64,000 nt of DNA from Octopus vulgaris (lineage: Eukaryota), in assembly GCA_951406725.2 (NCBI GenBank), contig OX597820.1:42470001-42534000 (forward strand). Direction: 5' to 3'. The notes beneath the pieces are model-generated. The model saw nothing but the letters and a program-made list of their open reading frames with translations, had not been told where the DNA came from and did not search any database. The translations under genes and the position numbers were made by a program. Of the stretch, positions 41,832-54,432 are shown one piece after another. The stretch's first letter is position 1. Each line of letters starts with the position of its first letter.

Positions 41832-42270
41832 AAAAATTGTCAAAAAATTTTCAAAATTTTTGGAGAAATTTTGGGGGAAAATTTGCAAAAAATTTTTCAG
41901 AAAATTTTGGGAGAAAATTCTCTGAAAATTTTTGGAGAAAATTTTCACCCAAATTTTTTTTAAATATTTTGAAAATTTTCCCCAAAAATATTTCGAAAAT
42001 TTTTCGAAAATTTTTCGAAAATTTTCCCCCAACATTTTTGAACAATTTCTAAAAATTTTCTCAAAAAATTTTTTTTTAATTTTCTGAAAAAATTTTCCTC
42101 AAATGTTTTTAAAATTTTTGAAAATTTTTGAAAATTTTCCCCAAAAATTTTTCAAAAATTTTTGGAAAATCTTCCCCCTAAATTTTTGAAAAATTTTTCA
42201 AAAATTTTTGTAAAGTGCTGTCGAAAATTTTCAAAAAACTTTTCAAAAAATTTTGGGGAAAATTTTCAAA
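41832..42270. repeat. Helically phased A4-6T4-6 tract array (10-12 bp period)
   Basis: About 40 degenerate units such as GAAAATTTTTC GAAAATTTTTC GAAAATTTTC with short G/C spacers. Confidence 0.9.
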
Positions 42271-42499
42271 TGTGGAAGGCACCTTTTTTGCCACTCGATT
42301 GTGTACACGTCACATTGTATGGGCCAAAAACATGCCCTTATTGTATGAGCTCCATGAGAGTGATTAACTTCAGATGGAAAACTCGGACGTTGAGATTCCG
42401 GTTCGAATTTAAGGCAGGTTTGAAATTCTTCCCAACAGTTATTAGTGGTAGTGGTAGTGTTTATGCCAAATATGTACGTATGCATGTATATATATGTAT

Positions 42500-42652
42500 G
42501 TATGCCTGTATATATGTACAAAATCAACTGAGAAGGCTTTTGTTGGTCTGAGGCTACAGCCAAAGACACATGCCAAGTCCCCACACAGTGGGGCTGAACC
42601 CAGGACCATGTGTTTGGAACGTAGTTTGTTACCACACAGCCACACCTGCCCC
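42500..42652 (-). mobile_element. SINE family A head, degenerate
   Basis: CACAGTGGGGCTGAACCCAGGACCATGTG...TTACCACACAGCCACACCTGCCCC is the reverse complement of the head. Confidence 0.75.
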
Positions 42653-42795
42653 TATATATGTGTGTGTGTGCGTATGTGTAGATGCATATATATGTGTACA
42701 TATTACATGTACATCTATATGTGTACATCTACAAATTAAAATACAAAGTTACATCTTGATATCGCTAGTGATAATAATACTCAAAATATATAACA

Positions 42796-43619
42796 GACTG
42801 GAATTATAGGCCCGTCTCTTGCAATTTCGATCAAGTGTACGGCTGCAGCGAAATTCATTTTTGGACTTTCTTCTATCGAAGGCATTTTAACAAAAATGCA
42901 TCCGTAAAGACGGTGAAAATATTGTCAATTTCCCCAAACAGGGACACAATTCAATTTTTAAACAATAACCAAAGCCCCTTTTCCGAAAGAGGAGGGTTAC
43001 GGTTTACAATTATTTAACAAATGCAACACAACAACGTTTCCCTGAAGAGGAACCAACAAACGCGATTACAAAAGTCAAACAGTAATGATAATAACAGCAA
43101 ACCTTTTTAATTTATCCCCATTTATGTGAAACCACTTATTCAAGTTCAAGTTATTGATGCAATTTTATACGAATTGCTAATACACGCACACACACACAGA
43201 CACACATACACACACATAATGAGGGTGAAAAATTGAATATTAATTTGATTAATATGAATTGAAAACCAGTGGTGTAGCATATAAGACCAAAGCGGATCTT
43301 CTTCTAGCAAAATGGATGACCATTGTTAATGGTTCATGCCTGTTATATAATACTTTCACTTTAATAGTTTCAGTATTAAAGTGAAAGTGTCTGCATTACA
43401 AAAGAGAGATGTTTTTGTTTCACTTTGAACACGTAATACTGAAATAGTGGAGAAGATATGATGTTGCTGTGGGGTCGCCCTGGGGAAAAAGTTAAGACTT
43501 TTTGCCGATGACACTCCCCGGACCTTAAGTAAGGCATGTGTAAAATTTGAATGAAATTGGTTATGTAGTTCTCAAGTTTTAGGGAAACACACAGACAGAT
43601 AGACAGACACACATTCTCA

Positions 43620-43660
<41 letters not shown>
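42796..43660 (-). mobile_element. Non-autonomous Helitron-like element
   Basis: Minus-strand start (TA)nAAACTGAGAATGTGTGTCTGTCTATCTGTCTG...AACTACATAACCAATTTCATTCAAATTT is typical of invertebrate non-autonomous Helitron 5' ends. The 3' CTAG/hairpin is only partly recognisable (ACTGG...GCCCGTC), so the left boundary is uncertain. Confidence 0.5.
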
Positions 43661-43736
43661 TTACTATAAGGTGAGCAAAAGTGCACGTACACCACTTTGT
43701 CTCGTTTATGAATTCGCCATTTGTAGCCTTTTTTTT

Positions 43737-44800
43737 TTATTTCTTCCAAAGTTTCTGGTAGTTCACGCACGATGTTCCGCAACATTTCTTTGTTTCCGCT
43801 TCTGCTTTTAGCGCTGCTATTATGGTGTCCTTCAACGGTTCGTTATTTTTCGGAATTAACCTTGACAAACCATCGGCATGCACCACCTTTTTTGAAGGTA
43901 CAAGTTCCATTCTATAATTGTAGTTTAATAGAATGGTACCCCACGACTGCAGTCTCTTTGCCGTATGTGCCGGATTTCCGTTCTTGAATCCGTATATTGT
44001 TATTAGAGGTCTCTGGTCCATTTGCAACCAAAAACGTCTGCTACGAATGAACCAGTGGAACTTTTTCTCGTCAAATATAATAGCCAACACCTCTTTTTCA
44101 ATCTGGCTATATCTCTTTTCCGCCGGCAATAATATCCTTGATCTGTGAGCTATGGCATTTTTCCTGCCATCGTTATCTGCGTCCACTTTACCTAGGTATC
44201 GTATTTTTTCCATCTAAAATTTGCATTTTTTTCTGTCAGTTTTAGCCCGTATTCATTTATTCTCTCGAAAACTGTTTTAATGTGTTGGACGTGTTGCAAC
44301 CTGAGACCTGCTCTTTATTAAAATGTCATCGAGGTATACGATGGCGAAGTCGCAGTCAGTTAACATCGCATCCATTATTTGTTGGAATATAGCGGGTGCC
44401 ACTTTTATTCCAAACGGCAGTCGTTTGAACTTGTACAATCCAAGGTGCATATTGATTGTTAGTAGATGTGTACAATCTTTATTTGACTGAATTTGAAGGT
44501 ACGCCTCTGACAGGTCTAACTTCGAGAAAACTTTTCCTCCGTTTAGTTTAGCAAACATTTCTTCTGGGCTTGGTGGTGGGTAATTGCGTGTGATAAACAG
44601 TCGTTTAATCTGGTTGAGAAGTCTGCGCGCGCTCTCAGCTTATTATTATTGTTGGGTTTTTTACGTAGACCACCGGTGCTGAGTAGTCTGCATGGTCAAT
44701 CTTTTCAATTATATTCATACTTTCTATCCTTTCTAGTTCTTTATTGACATGGTCTACCACTGCACACGGCACGTTCCGTTTGGGTCTGAAAATAGGTGTT
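43737..44800 (-). pseudogene. pol: gypsy pol RT and RNase H pseudogene segment
   Basis: ORFs 44277-44558 (YLDD) and 43737-44213 (RNase H motifs). The connection region between IRYLGK and the RNase H is deleted. Confidence 0.9.
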
Positions 44801-44805
44801 GAATT

Positions 44806-44973
44806 TTTTTCTTTTATTTGTTTCAGTCTTTTGACTGCGGCCATGCTTGAGCACCACCTTTAGTCGAAAAAATCGATCCAAGATCTTATTCTTTGTAAGC
44901 CTAGTACTTATTCTATCGGTCTCTTTTGCTGAACCGCTAATGTTGCGGGGACTTAAACACACCAAAATCGTTG
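44806..44973 (-). mobile_element. SINE family A 3' module inserted into gypsy pol
   Basis: Interrupts KATIAI|KENSTPIFRPKR; the sequence is the reverse complement of the SINE A tail. Confidence 0.9.
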
Positions 44974-46403
44974 ATAGCAATCGTTGCTTTTGTTTTTGTG
45001 CAACAGCCTAAAACCTCCGAAAAATCGTTTGAGAAAGCTTCTTTCATTTTTTGTCTCTGTTCATCGATCTCGTTCGATCGTTTGATTGCTCTGTTTACGT
45101 TATTGCACAAAATGCTTATGGGTTTATCCCATAAATTAAATTTCTCCATACATTCGATGGCAAATAAATTTATGGATTTTTTTCAACACAAAAACATTCA
45201 CTTTATTCGTTCGACCAACATTATATTACAAATGAGTTCGCCCATGAAATATAATTTTCTACCCATAACACCATGCGCTATTTTGTTTGGACTACATAAT
45301 TTTGGTTTACTCATCTTTTCCCGTGTCTAATTGCATTACGACACTAGTGGTTTCAATTCTCACATTCACGAATTTTCTGTTTTTTGTAGTCAAAATTTTT
45401 CCTGCTGACCAACTATCTATTTTTTCTTGCTTGGTCCTACCATTCTAGTTTTGCAGTGCGATTTTATGTGTCCTCTAAACCTGCAGCGAAAGTACCTTGC
45501 TTTGTCATACGGACAATCTATTTTCAGATGCATCATACCACATGCCATACATGGGTCTACTTTTCCTGCAACACTTTATTTGTCTTCCGACGTTTTTCAC
45601 TGCTCTTATATGAAAATACCATTTACGTCGAATTTCTTCCGTGTCATGCCTTAATTTTAATATCATGTCACACTCTTCCGACAGTTTCTGCAGTGTCAAA
45701 TACTGGTTCATTTCCAGTTTTGCAAGAATTTTCCTTCTGATTTCTGCATACTTTTTATGACAATCCTTGTGCGAAAATCAAACATCTGAAAGAATCTGGA
45801 GTAAGCATATCCAGCCTCAATCTCTCACATTCTTTGTTGACTCTGCCTATAAAGTAGTGAAATCTTCATCTTCGCCCTTTTCTATCTGGCATTAAACAGT
45901 TAGCTCTTTTCACTAAACATTGTGTCAGTGAAATTCAACAGACTCTCCTTTTTTGGCAATATACTCTACTGTCGCTAGTTTTCTTAAAATGAGACGCGTT
46001 TTCATTTCGTCCGTCCAGTCCTGACATTCTTTTTCAAAAATTTTTTAAAATCTTCGAAAGCAAGCCTCGACAGTTACTCATTCTTCGGGGTCACATTTGA
46101 ATGCGCTTATGGAATTTGTTACATGGTCAGGCGAAAATGTATTCTCAGGTTTTGTTATCAACTCCATTAGGTGTAACATTTGCTGCTGCAATACTTGTTG
46201 TTGTTCTCGTTGTTCCTTAAATTGTTGTTGCTGCTGTTTTTGCGAATCAATTACTCCAGCTAACAAGTCTTCCATATTCTACGATATTCGTAAGTTTGCA
46301 CAAGATTTTTGCTTCTTTGTTGTCAAGTTATTTAATTTTCCACGTGAATTTGTTTAAACTCTCAGTCTGAATGTTTTATTTGCAATCCTCGTAAATTGGC
46401 TTT

Positions 46404-46415
46404 CCCTCGTCGCTA
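46404..46415 (-). promoter_or_regulatory. Primer binding site complementary to the tRNA-Ser(GCU) 3' end
   Basis: Minus TAGCGACGAGGG, 1 nt from the LTR; canonical TGGCGACGAGG with one substitution. Confidence 0.75.
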
Positions 46416-46416
46416 C

Positions 46417-46704
46417 TGTTGTAAAGTAGGTTCCTCTTATTGGTGTGATGAGTGACTTCCATTGTACTGCAGTTGCTGTTTTACGCTGGTGGCCACAATA
46501 TTTACTAGTCATCGGATACCGTTGTATCAACTCGTACGAGAACAGTTATACACTAACTTCTGTCTTACTATCGCTGATTGAACGGTTGACTTTCTACTCT
46601 CTTCGACTTTCGCTCCTCTTTTGATGAGCGGCTACTGGTGTATTTATGATGGCTGAATCCTACCGCTTTTTACCGGGAGGAGTATACAGTTTCACTATAC
46701 AACA
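46417..46704 (-). repeat. 5' LTR of the gypsy element (288 bp)
   Basis: TGTTGTA...TACAACA perfect 7 bp terminal inverted repeat, adjacent to the PBS. Confidence 0.85.
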
Positions 46705-48216
46705 CAGGCAGAACAAATTTTCACAAGTAATGTATTACTATATCATTACAATGTGACGTCGAAGGACCTCATTATTTTGGCTGTTAGTCTTCACCAGAAA
46801 AGAAAGAAAAACTATATTATGAAGGGAATGAGAAAGATATATACGTTGGAAAAGGTTAAAAACCAGGTGGTAATACTGTTCTTCCATGGGACTTATAAAT
46901 AGTAGAAAGGGTTGGGTGTGAACATGAAAATGTAAGAGTGTGTCTTAGAAAGCGGGCTTAAGGACGATTAGCATGTGTTAGTGTAATGGATGTATGAGAT
47001 CAGAGGTGTGTATTTGCGAAAGTATAGTGGAATTGTTTAGAGAAGGATTCGAGTGTGCATTTGTTCGTGAATTCGCTGGGTGGGTTGTGTAAACGTGTGC
47101 GTGAAGAGATTAGGTAGTGTGCGTGTAAAGCAATAAAGGCAATCATGTACACTGGTTACCTGAACAAAATTGAAAGAGCTGTTGACATGCTTGCAAATCT
47201 GTAACAAAAGCATGAAAGAGTGTGCCAACGCTTAGAAGGAGAGAGAGAGAGAGAGAGTAGTTTTCAACAAAAGTCTGAAAATGACAGAAAACTGTATGAA
47301 TTATGTGAAGAGAAGGAAAATCGAAGAAATAAGTCAAAATTACATACCACATGCAAAAGGTGTGGAGGTTTTGGCACAGTATCCATTTGGTACTAAGAGA
47401 ATGGTAAAACCCTCCATGAAAAAGATGTAACAGTGATGGTGTAACATCCCCGGAAAAGATAAAACTGTGATGAATCAACTCACATCAAATGGCACAGAAG
47501 AGAAAAACGAATAGTAAGAGGAGAAAAGGAGCAAGAAACGTATAATTTGGTGGGAATAGTGAGAGAAGATCCAATGAGAGTGACCAGTGGAAGGGGCAAT
47601 AAAGGTGGAATACAAATCTTTCGTGAGTGTGAAAAGTAGATGAGTGCAGTGGTGGATCCAATAATGTGTGTGTGGTGCGTCGACTGGATTGTGTGTGTAT
47701 GTGCATACATGCACATAAAAGTTAAAAGGGAGGTCATATGCATGGAAGTGTCAGCAGTTGCATGTATACATGGGTACGTGAATTGAGTGAGTATGAGTTT
47801 ATGTTTGTCTAACTTCGGGTGCTGTCTGCATTTTAAGAAATACATCGAGTCAGAATTTAAGAGTAGACCAACTGACCCTTAGTAAAACACCAAGATCTGG
47901 TTCACGTCTGCTTGACATGGAATTATTGTAAAGTTGGTTACGTCCCTGGTGATTTTTTTTCCTTTCCTTCTTCTTTACAAGCGTATCCAAGCGTTATCTG
48001 CTCAAAAGACAACTGACAAACGATCTTGTTTTCAGCTTGAAAAATGGCGAAATAAGTTATTCTTTTGACCAGGAAACCCTGAGTAGCTGTATTTACAAGA
48101 TTTGTGAATTTTTATTATAAGATATATATATGTATATACATATACACATATATACGTATGTATGTATGCATACTAAGAACCTTAGATCGCAAAATCTCAT
48201 TCACTTCTGAAGAATA

Positions 48217-48411
48217 TTCTTTTATTCTTTCATTTGTTTCAGTCATTTGCCAGCGGCCCTGCTGGAGAACCGCCTTTAGTCGAACAAATCCACTCACAAG
48301 ATTTTGGTCGGCCCGAGGCTATAGCAGAAGACAAGGTGCCACGCAGTGAAACTGAACCCGGAACCATGTACTTGGGAAGCAAGCTTCTTACCACACGCCC
48401 ACTCTTGCGCC
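48217..48411 (-). mobile_element. SINE family A, internally deleted
   Basis: Tail and head joined at the shared CAAATC (48285-48290). Confidence 0.85.
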
Positions 48412-48659
48412 TGCTCGATAGTTTGCTTCCTGTACAACAACACAGCATAACAGCAGTGATTCTTTATTCTCTTGCTTATGAAGTTCGAGAATGAACACAC
48501 TGGATGCTTACTTACAACTCGGATTCTCCTCTCTTTTATCTCCAATATAAGAGTAGGAACTTTCAGAATGTATTTCCATCTATGAAGAATAAATACGAAC
48601 ACCCTTTTTCTCAATATTCATGTTTTTCTGCTTAATTGTAAGTATACATATACATGTAT

Positions 48660-48799
<140 letters not shown>

Positions 48800-49048
48800 A
48801 CTTGTATGTATGTAATCCCCACTGCTGTATAACTATTGATGGTTGGATGCCATTAACTATCACCTGTCCATCTGTCAATTTATTACACTTTCATTAGATC
48901 GACCGGTAAATTGCCTGTAGCCACATTTCATTGCCTGGAATACGTCTCCCTTTGTCGTTCGATTTTAGGTACTTAGGCCGATTTGAGCGCTAATTGTCAG
49001 TAACTATTATACGACTTTTGACTTATTTTTACACATTAAATATATATG

Positions 49049-49219
<171 letters not shown>

Positions 49220-49289
49220 AATATATACATGCACATGCATACAGATATATACACAGACCCTCCTACGCAAGCACGTGTGTGTGTGCATA

Positions 49290-49333
<44 letters not shown>

Positions 49334-49930
49334 TGTGTGTGTGTCTAGAAATATACCAGGAAGAAATAGATATATAAAATGACAGACAGATCAGCGAAAT
49401 GTCTTTAAAATAAGAAATGTTTACCTAAATTTCAAACCCGAATGAAGGAAGAACGTGTCAAAAACATATTAGATTTCTAGTAAATTATTAACGACTTGCA
49501 CAGCGGGATAACAGTCCAGCGAAAATATATTGTATTATTTCAATTCTAGAATAATTGTGTGGAGTTTAGCAATTGCTTCTTGTTTTAAATGCATGGTGGT
49601 GCGACGTAAGCGTGATGTGCTTGTCTGGACAATGTAAGTAACAATCTTCTGGTTTGTTATTTTCGTATTTACTGCTAAATTGGTAAATTACAATGATCCT
49701 TTGTAGCTTCATATGGGGATTACATAATTGTGGTGTGTTACTGAAGGGATGATTTTCCACTTAAGGAAAATAAAATATCAATGTCAGTTTATGATTTTTC
49801 ATATGATTTTTCATATGAACGGCAGATGTCTTTGCTCTTATAAAAATATGTGAAAAAAAAATCTGATAAATTTTTGAATAGGAAATTATATATTCAATAT
49901 ACCATGACGAAGAGGAAACCTATTCCTGCA

Positions 49931-50008
<78 letters not shown>

Positions 50009-50067
50009 AGTGTGTGTATATACACAAGAGTAAACAAGAGAGACAGACAAATATTTGAATGTGCGGA

Positions 50068-50510
50068 GACCGGATTGATTCTCTCTTTGATTTGCTTTCC
50101 GTTCGTAGAAGGGTTTTACCAACAGGTCAAGCGAATGGGTCCCAACTATGCGAACCTGTTTGTCGGCCATGTTCCGACCAGTTATAGTCACTACCGGTCC
50201 CGCTCCTGAGTTTGAATTCGGTACATCGACAGCTGTATCGTTGTGACTTCACACAAAGGCAAACAATTCTCCGCCTTTCTCCCTTTAATTCAGTCATTCC
50301 ACCCCGCCTTTAAATTTTACAGCTGTGTTGCAAACATCTCTGTTAACTTACCCGATATTTGCATTGCCATCCTCTATTATCACCTCCATGCACTTACAAA
50401 CCTTCAGACTCCCACTGCCGCCTCAAATTCTCTTTTTAATACCATACCAGCACCAAACTGTGCGTTCCATATTCTCAGTTCTTCTAACTCCGTCGTCTCT
50501 GTAGGGAATC
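50068..50510 (+). mobile_element. Penelope-like element reverse transcriptase fragment
   Basis: FYQQVK..MGPNYANLFVGHV...IRYIDSCI...IQSFHPAFKF...TYKPSDSH...VPYSQFF*LRRLC, all diagnostic PLE RT motifs; stops and deletions present. Confidence 0.9.
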
Positions 50511-50834
50511 TGATATTCTGCATCTTCTGTCTTCTTGTAACTCCTCGCGATTCGGAGAAACAAGTCGACAACTGGCTGACATTTTTTGCAGAGCACTTTC
50601 AGGACATTGCGATCGAAATTTTTGTTTCTTGAGATTCTGTCTTTAGCGGATCACACTCGGCCGTAATTGAAACTAAGTATTTCTTTATATTCTTTTAAAG
50701 CAAAGATAATTTCAATGAAGATGAAATTTGAATTGTATAACATTTAGTATAACTGTCATCCTCTTTGTTATCCTAATTCATGTCATTGGTCCATTCTACA
50801 GAGTTTCTCTTCACTATTTTTTATTTTAATTTCG

Positions 50835-50869
<35 letters not shown>

Positions 50870-51303
50870 TCGTGTATAATCACATATAAAATCTTCAAGC
50901 TATTATTCCGATTATTATAGTAATTATTGCACTTTATCTCAGAACTACATAATCGCAGTTCGGTAATCATTCGTTAACGGTATAAGCATATATACAGGGA
51001 ATAGAATGTTTCCTTAATGAAAATGATATTCGCTCTTTTCCAATCCACCGTCTGTTTATAACTCATACGCGCTATCCTGAAATCAGTGTTGTACCTGCTA
51101 GAAATTTGAGCTAAACTTTCCCAAATCGTATCCTACTTGAAAAAGAAAGAAAGGATACATTTGAGAGTTAAACAGATAGACTGATAGAGAGATATAGACA
51201 GACACAGACAGACATTTAGAGACACGGAGATACATTAAGACAGACAGAGAGACGGAAAGACAGACAGATAGGAAAAGAGACATAAAAACAGGTAGATAGA
51301 TAA

Positions 51304-51377
<74 letters not shown>

Positions 51378-53094
51378 TGATAGATAACGAGAGTTTGGGA
51401 GATAGAAGAAAGGAGGACGAGAGAGTGCAAAAAACTAAGAGAATCGGCTGATATTCATGTACTAGTGATGCTACAGATGCATGTACATACATTTGCCTTC
51501 TAAGAGGGTATGATATTCCTATATCACTTATATGTGCTACCAACGTGTTGAAGACTCGTGCGCCTTCCAGTGTGAATTGGAGGCATGTATATGTGTGATA
51601 ATATGGGTTATTTCAATGACTTCTATTTGCATCATTTATGCCATACGCAGATACACTGTCAAGTACACGTGTACACATATAGATGCATGCATGCAAACAC
51701 ATAAATAGATGTTTGCATAGAAGCATAAATATACACGGGAAAACCCATGCATAAAGTTTCAAATCCACGGAAGAGTATATTATGTGTATAAAACACATAT
51801 GTGCATACTCTCACCCTTACTTGTTTGTTTGTGTATGTGCGTGTTAGTCCGTGAGTATGTATGTGTCTTTGTGTGTCTATGAATATATATTGGGCTGCTC
51901 AATAGTTAGGATTTAGAGCGTAGATATTGATTGCAAGTGTCAACACCTGCTCACTGTGATGTATTTAGTGTTCTGTCATGCAGCCTGTAAATACATCATG
52001 AAGATTCACAGACAAATATCTATGTGCAAACATACATGCACGCATTTGTATTGTTAACGTGTGTTTATTATGTGAAGATCATAAGCCATAATTTCAGGGT
52101 AATAGTATTATCTGCTCCACATTGTGATCATTATCAATAGTTTTACGATTAACTACAGCACACATAGACCGGTCTGCTTTATTGCAGAAGCTACTGAGTC
52201 ATCAGGTGGTTTACACTTCTCTACTTGACCCGAACGCATATTGAAGATGTCTTTGCGTAATTCTCATTAATGGCTGACGAAATACACATATTTCTGAATT
52301 CAACTGATTTGATTGCCGTTGCGTGCAAATTTAACATTTTGCAAATATACTTTATATTATGATGTAGGTCATGGTGTGTAAGTGATAGATAATAGGGTAG
52401 CTACATTCAATTGGAATACAGCAGGGTCCAACAAAAACAACTAAAGCCCCAATAACTATATAAATAAGTATATGTGTACAAAAGACAAAATTTTGCTAGC
52501 GACAAAAGTGTAATTACCATCCTATCAGCTAGAAATAACACCCACTTCATCTTCAGATTATTCATTCACATTAGATAATGTAGGTTAGGGTAGAGCATAG
52601 CTGATGAGAAAAGACGAGGTGATCACCCTGGATGGGATTGACCTGCGGCTAATCGAAGACAAAACCAATAGCGAAGACAACTATATGTAGATAATTTTCG
52701 GTTTGCTGTATCCATGGGAAGCGCAGATGTCAGCGAAAGAAAACAGCGCCTATACATCGCAACAACCTAACAAAAGACAACAGTACCCAGATTATTTTCT
52801 TCGATTCTCCAACAGTCCCTACTTTATAGATTAGATTTCGAGAAAGAGGCTGTGCTAAACCCTTTGGTGAGATCAATGTCTTTATTATTCCTTTTGAACT
52901 ATTACAAGTGTGGATTTATGTAAAAAGAAAAGAAAATGATGAGAAAGAAATTTCCAGGGGCCATAGTTCAGTGGAGGATTGATCGCACTCAGTGATTAAG
53001 GTGACATTTAGAGTGTGAAAAGAAATTGGAAAACGAGCTTAACATGTTAATATAACAGCATGCATCGAAAATTATCCATACATATATGTACACA

Positions 53095-53201
<107 letters not shown>

Positions 53202-53260
53202 GTACGCAGACACACACACATACACATATATATACATACATACATATATATATATATATA

Positions 53261-54060
53261 TGCGGTGAATAAACTGATCTCTAATTTACACTGGCATCTC
53301 ATTTTAACAGATATATTTACCAAAATTACATTAAAATATCTTGAAGCCATTGGCTTCAACCACGGCCTTCAGACGACTTCGGAATCTCCTGCAACATTTC
53401 TGGACGGTCTTTTTGTTTAAGTTGGTGAATATTGCCATAATCCTTGCCTTCTGTTCATCTTTGGTGTTACACAAAGTTGTGTTGGTCACTCGCTCGACTT
53501 CGCCCTACACATAATAATCAAGAGGGTTGCACTCTGGGGAGTTAGGTGGCCAGATGTTAGAAGTGATGTGGTCGCAGAAATTGTCTGACAGCCATGACTA
53601 TGTTCTCCTGCTTCTGTGGCATGGTGCAGAGTCCTGTTGCCAGACATAGGGTCTTCAAGCAGCCACCTCCTTGACCCAGAGCAGCACTACCTCTTCCAGA
53701 CACTTAATGTAGACCTCAGTGTTGAGCTTGAGGCGGTGTGGGAAGATGAATGAAGGTATAACTTCACCATCACTAGTTATCACTCCAAATACCATACTGT
53801 TGACAGGATTTTTATTTTTATCACTCTCGGTACATGTCTTCAAATTGCACTGTCCTCAGATTGACACCGAAACACGGTGAAATGTTCGTATTAAAGATTC
53901 CAACTTTCTCACTGAGTGAATGGTGGCATGGTGCTGTGTTTCTCGCATACGGTGCCCAAGTGACCCGACTATACTATGTAGTCGACAAAATCAAATACAA
54001 ACAAATCGCATGCGCGAAATTAGTAAAATAAAATGGCGATAATTTACACATCGCACCTCA
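53261..54060 (-). mobile_element. DD37D (maT-type) Tc1/mariner transposon, internally deleted
   Basis: Minus strand MVFGVITSDGEV...YVWQQDSAPCH...IWPPNSPECNPLDYYV*G...[16 protein letters not shown], with 37 residues between the second and third catalytic D. Degenerate TIRs; (TA)n on both sides. Confidence 0.9.
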
Positions 54061-54202
54061 TATATATATATATATATATATATGGGGGGGGGTACATATG
54101 TATCCAAGCTTCTTCATCTATTAAACAGGCGTTATCCTCAGTTTCTTGTTATTCTTAATTGTTTCACATTCATGCTATATAAATCATTATATATCATTAT
54201 AT

Positions 54203-54325
54203 TGGCCTGCTCGCTTAGCCAGCGGGGTGGCGTCATTCCAAGGCTAAAACAATGCGAACGCATTGTGACCAGCGATGTGTAACTACATCTGATGGACTGG
54301 TCGGTCACGTGATCATGTAATCACG
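54203..54325 (+). mobile_element. 123 bp structured retroposon 3' end with 12 bp target-site duplication
   Basis: ATATCATTATAT at 54191-54202 and 54326-54337; multiple hairpins; ends in degenerate (TCACGTGA)n. Confidence 0.7.
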
Positions 54326-54395
54326 ATATCATTATATAGCATCATACACACACATACACACATGCACATGCACTTCCACACACAAGCACGCACAC

Positions 54396-54432
<37 letters not shown>

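Larger units (their letters stand above)
43700..46704 (-). mobile_element. Ty3/gypsy LTR retrotransposon, decayed, 3'-truncated (no integrase or 3' LTR)
   Basis: LTR + PBS; gag from 46275; zinc knuckles CMACGMMHLKIDC and YFRCRFRGHIKSHC (about 45450-45555); protease LDTG (45319-45330); RT FSKLDLSEAYLQI...RLPFGIKVAPAIFQ...VYLDDILI; RNase H YSQIEKEVLAIIF...HADGLSRL; many stops, frameshifts and deletions. Confidence 0.95.

Noticed and set aside
41832-42270. CRISPR-like array or KF-rich protein
   Set aside because: No unique spacers, no cas genes and a eukaryotic context; the ORFs on both strands are low-complexity artefacts.
43218-43330. Possible further pLTR/hammerhead relic inside the Helitron-like element
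   Set aside because: Both core halves would need several substitutions.
52595-52690. CTGATGA hammerhead-like start
   Set aside because: No stem II or GAAA-stem III-NUH follows.
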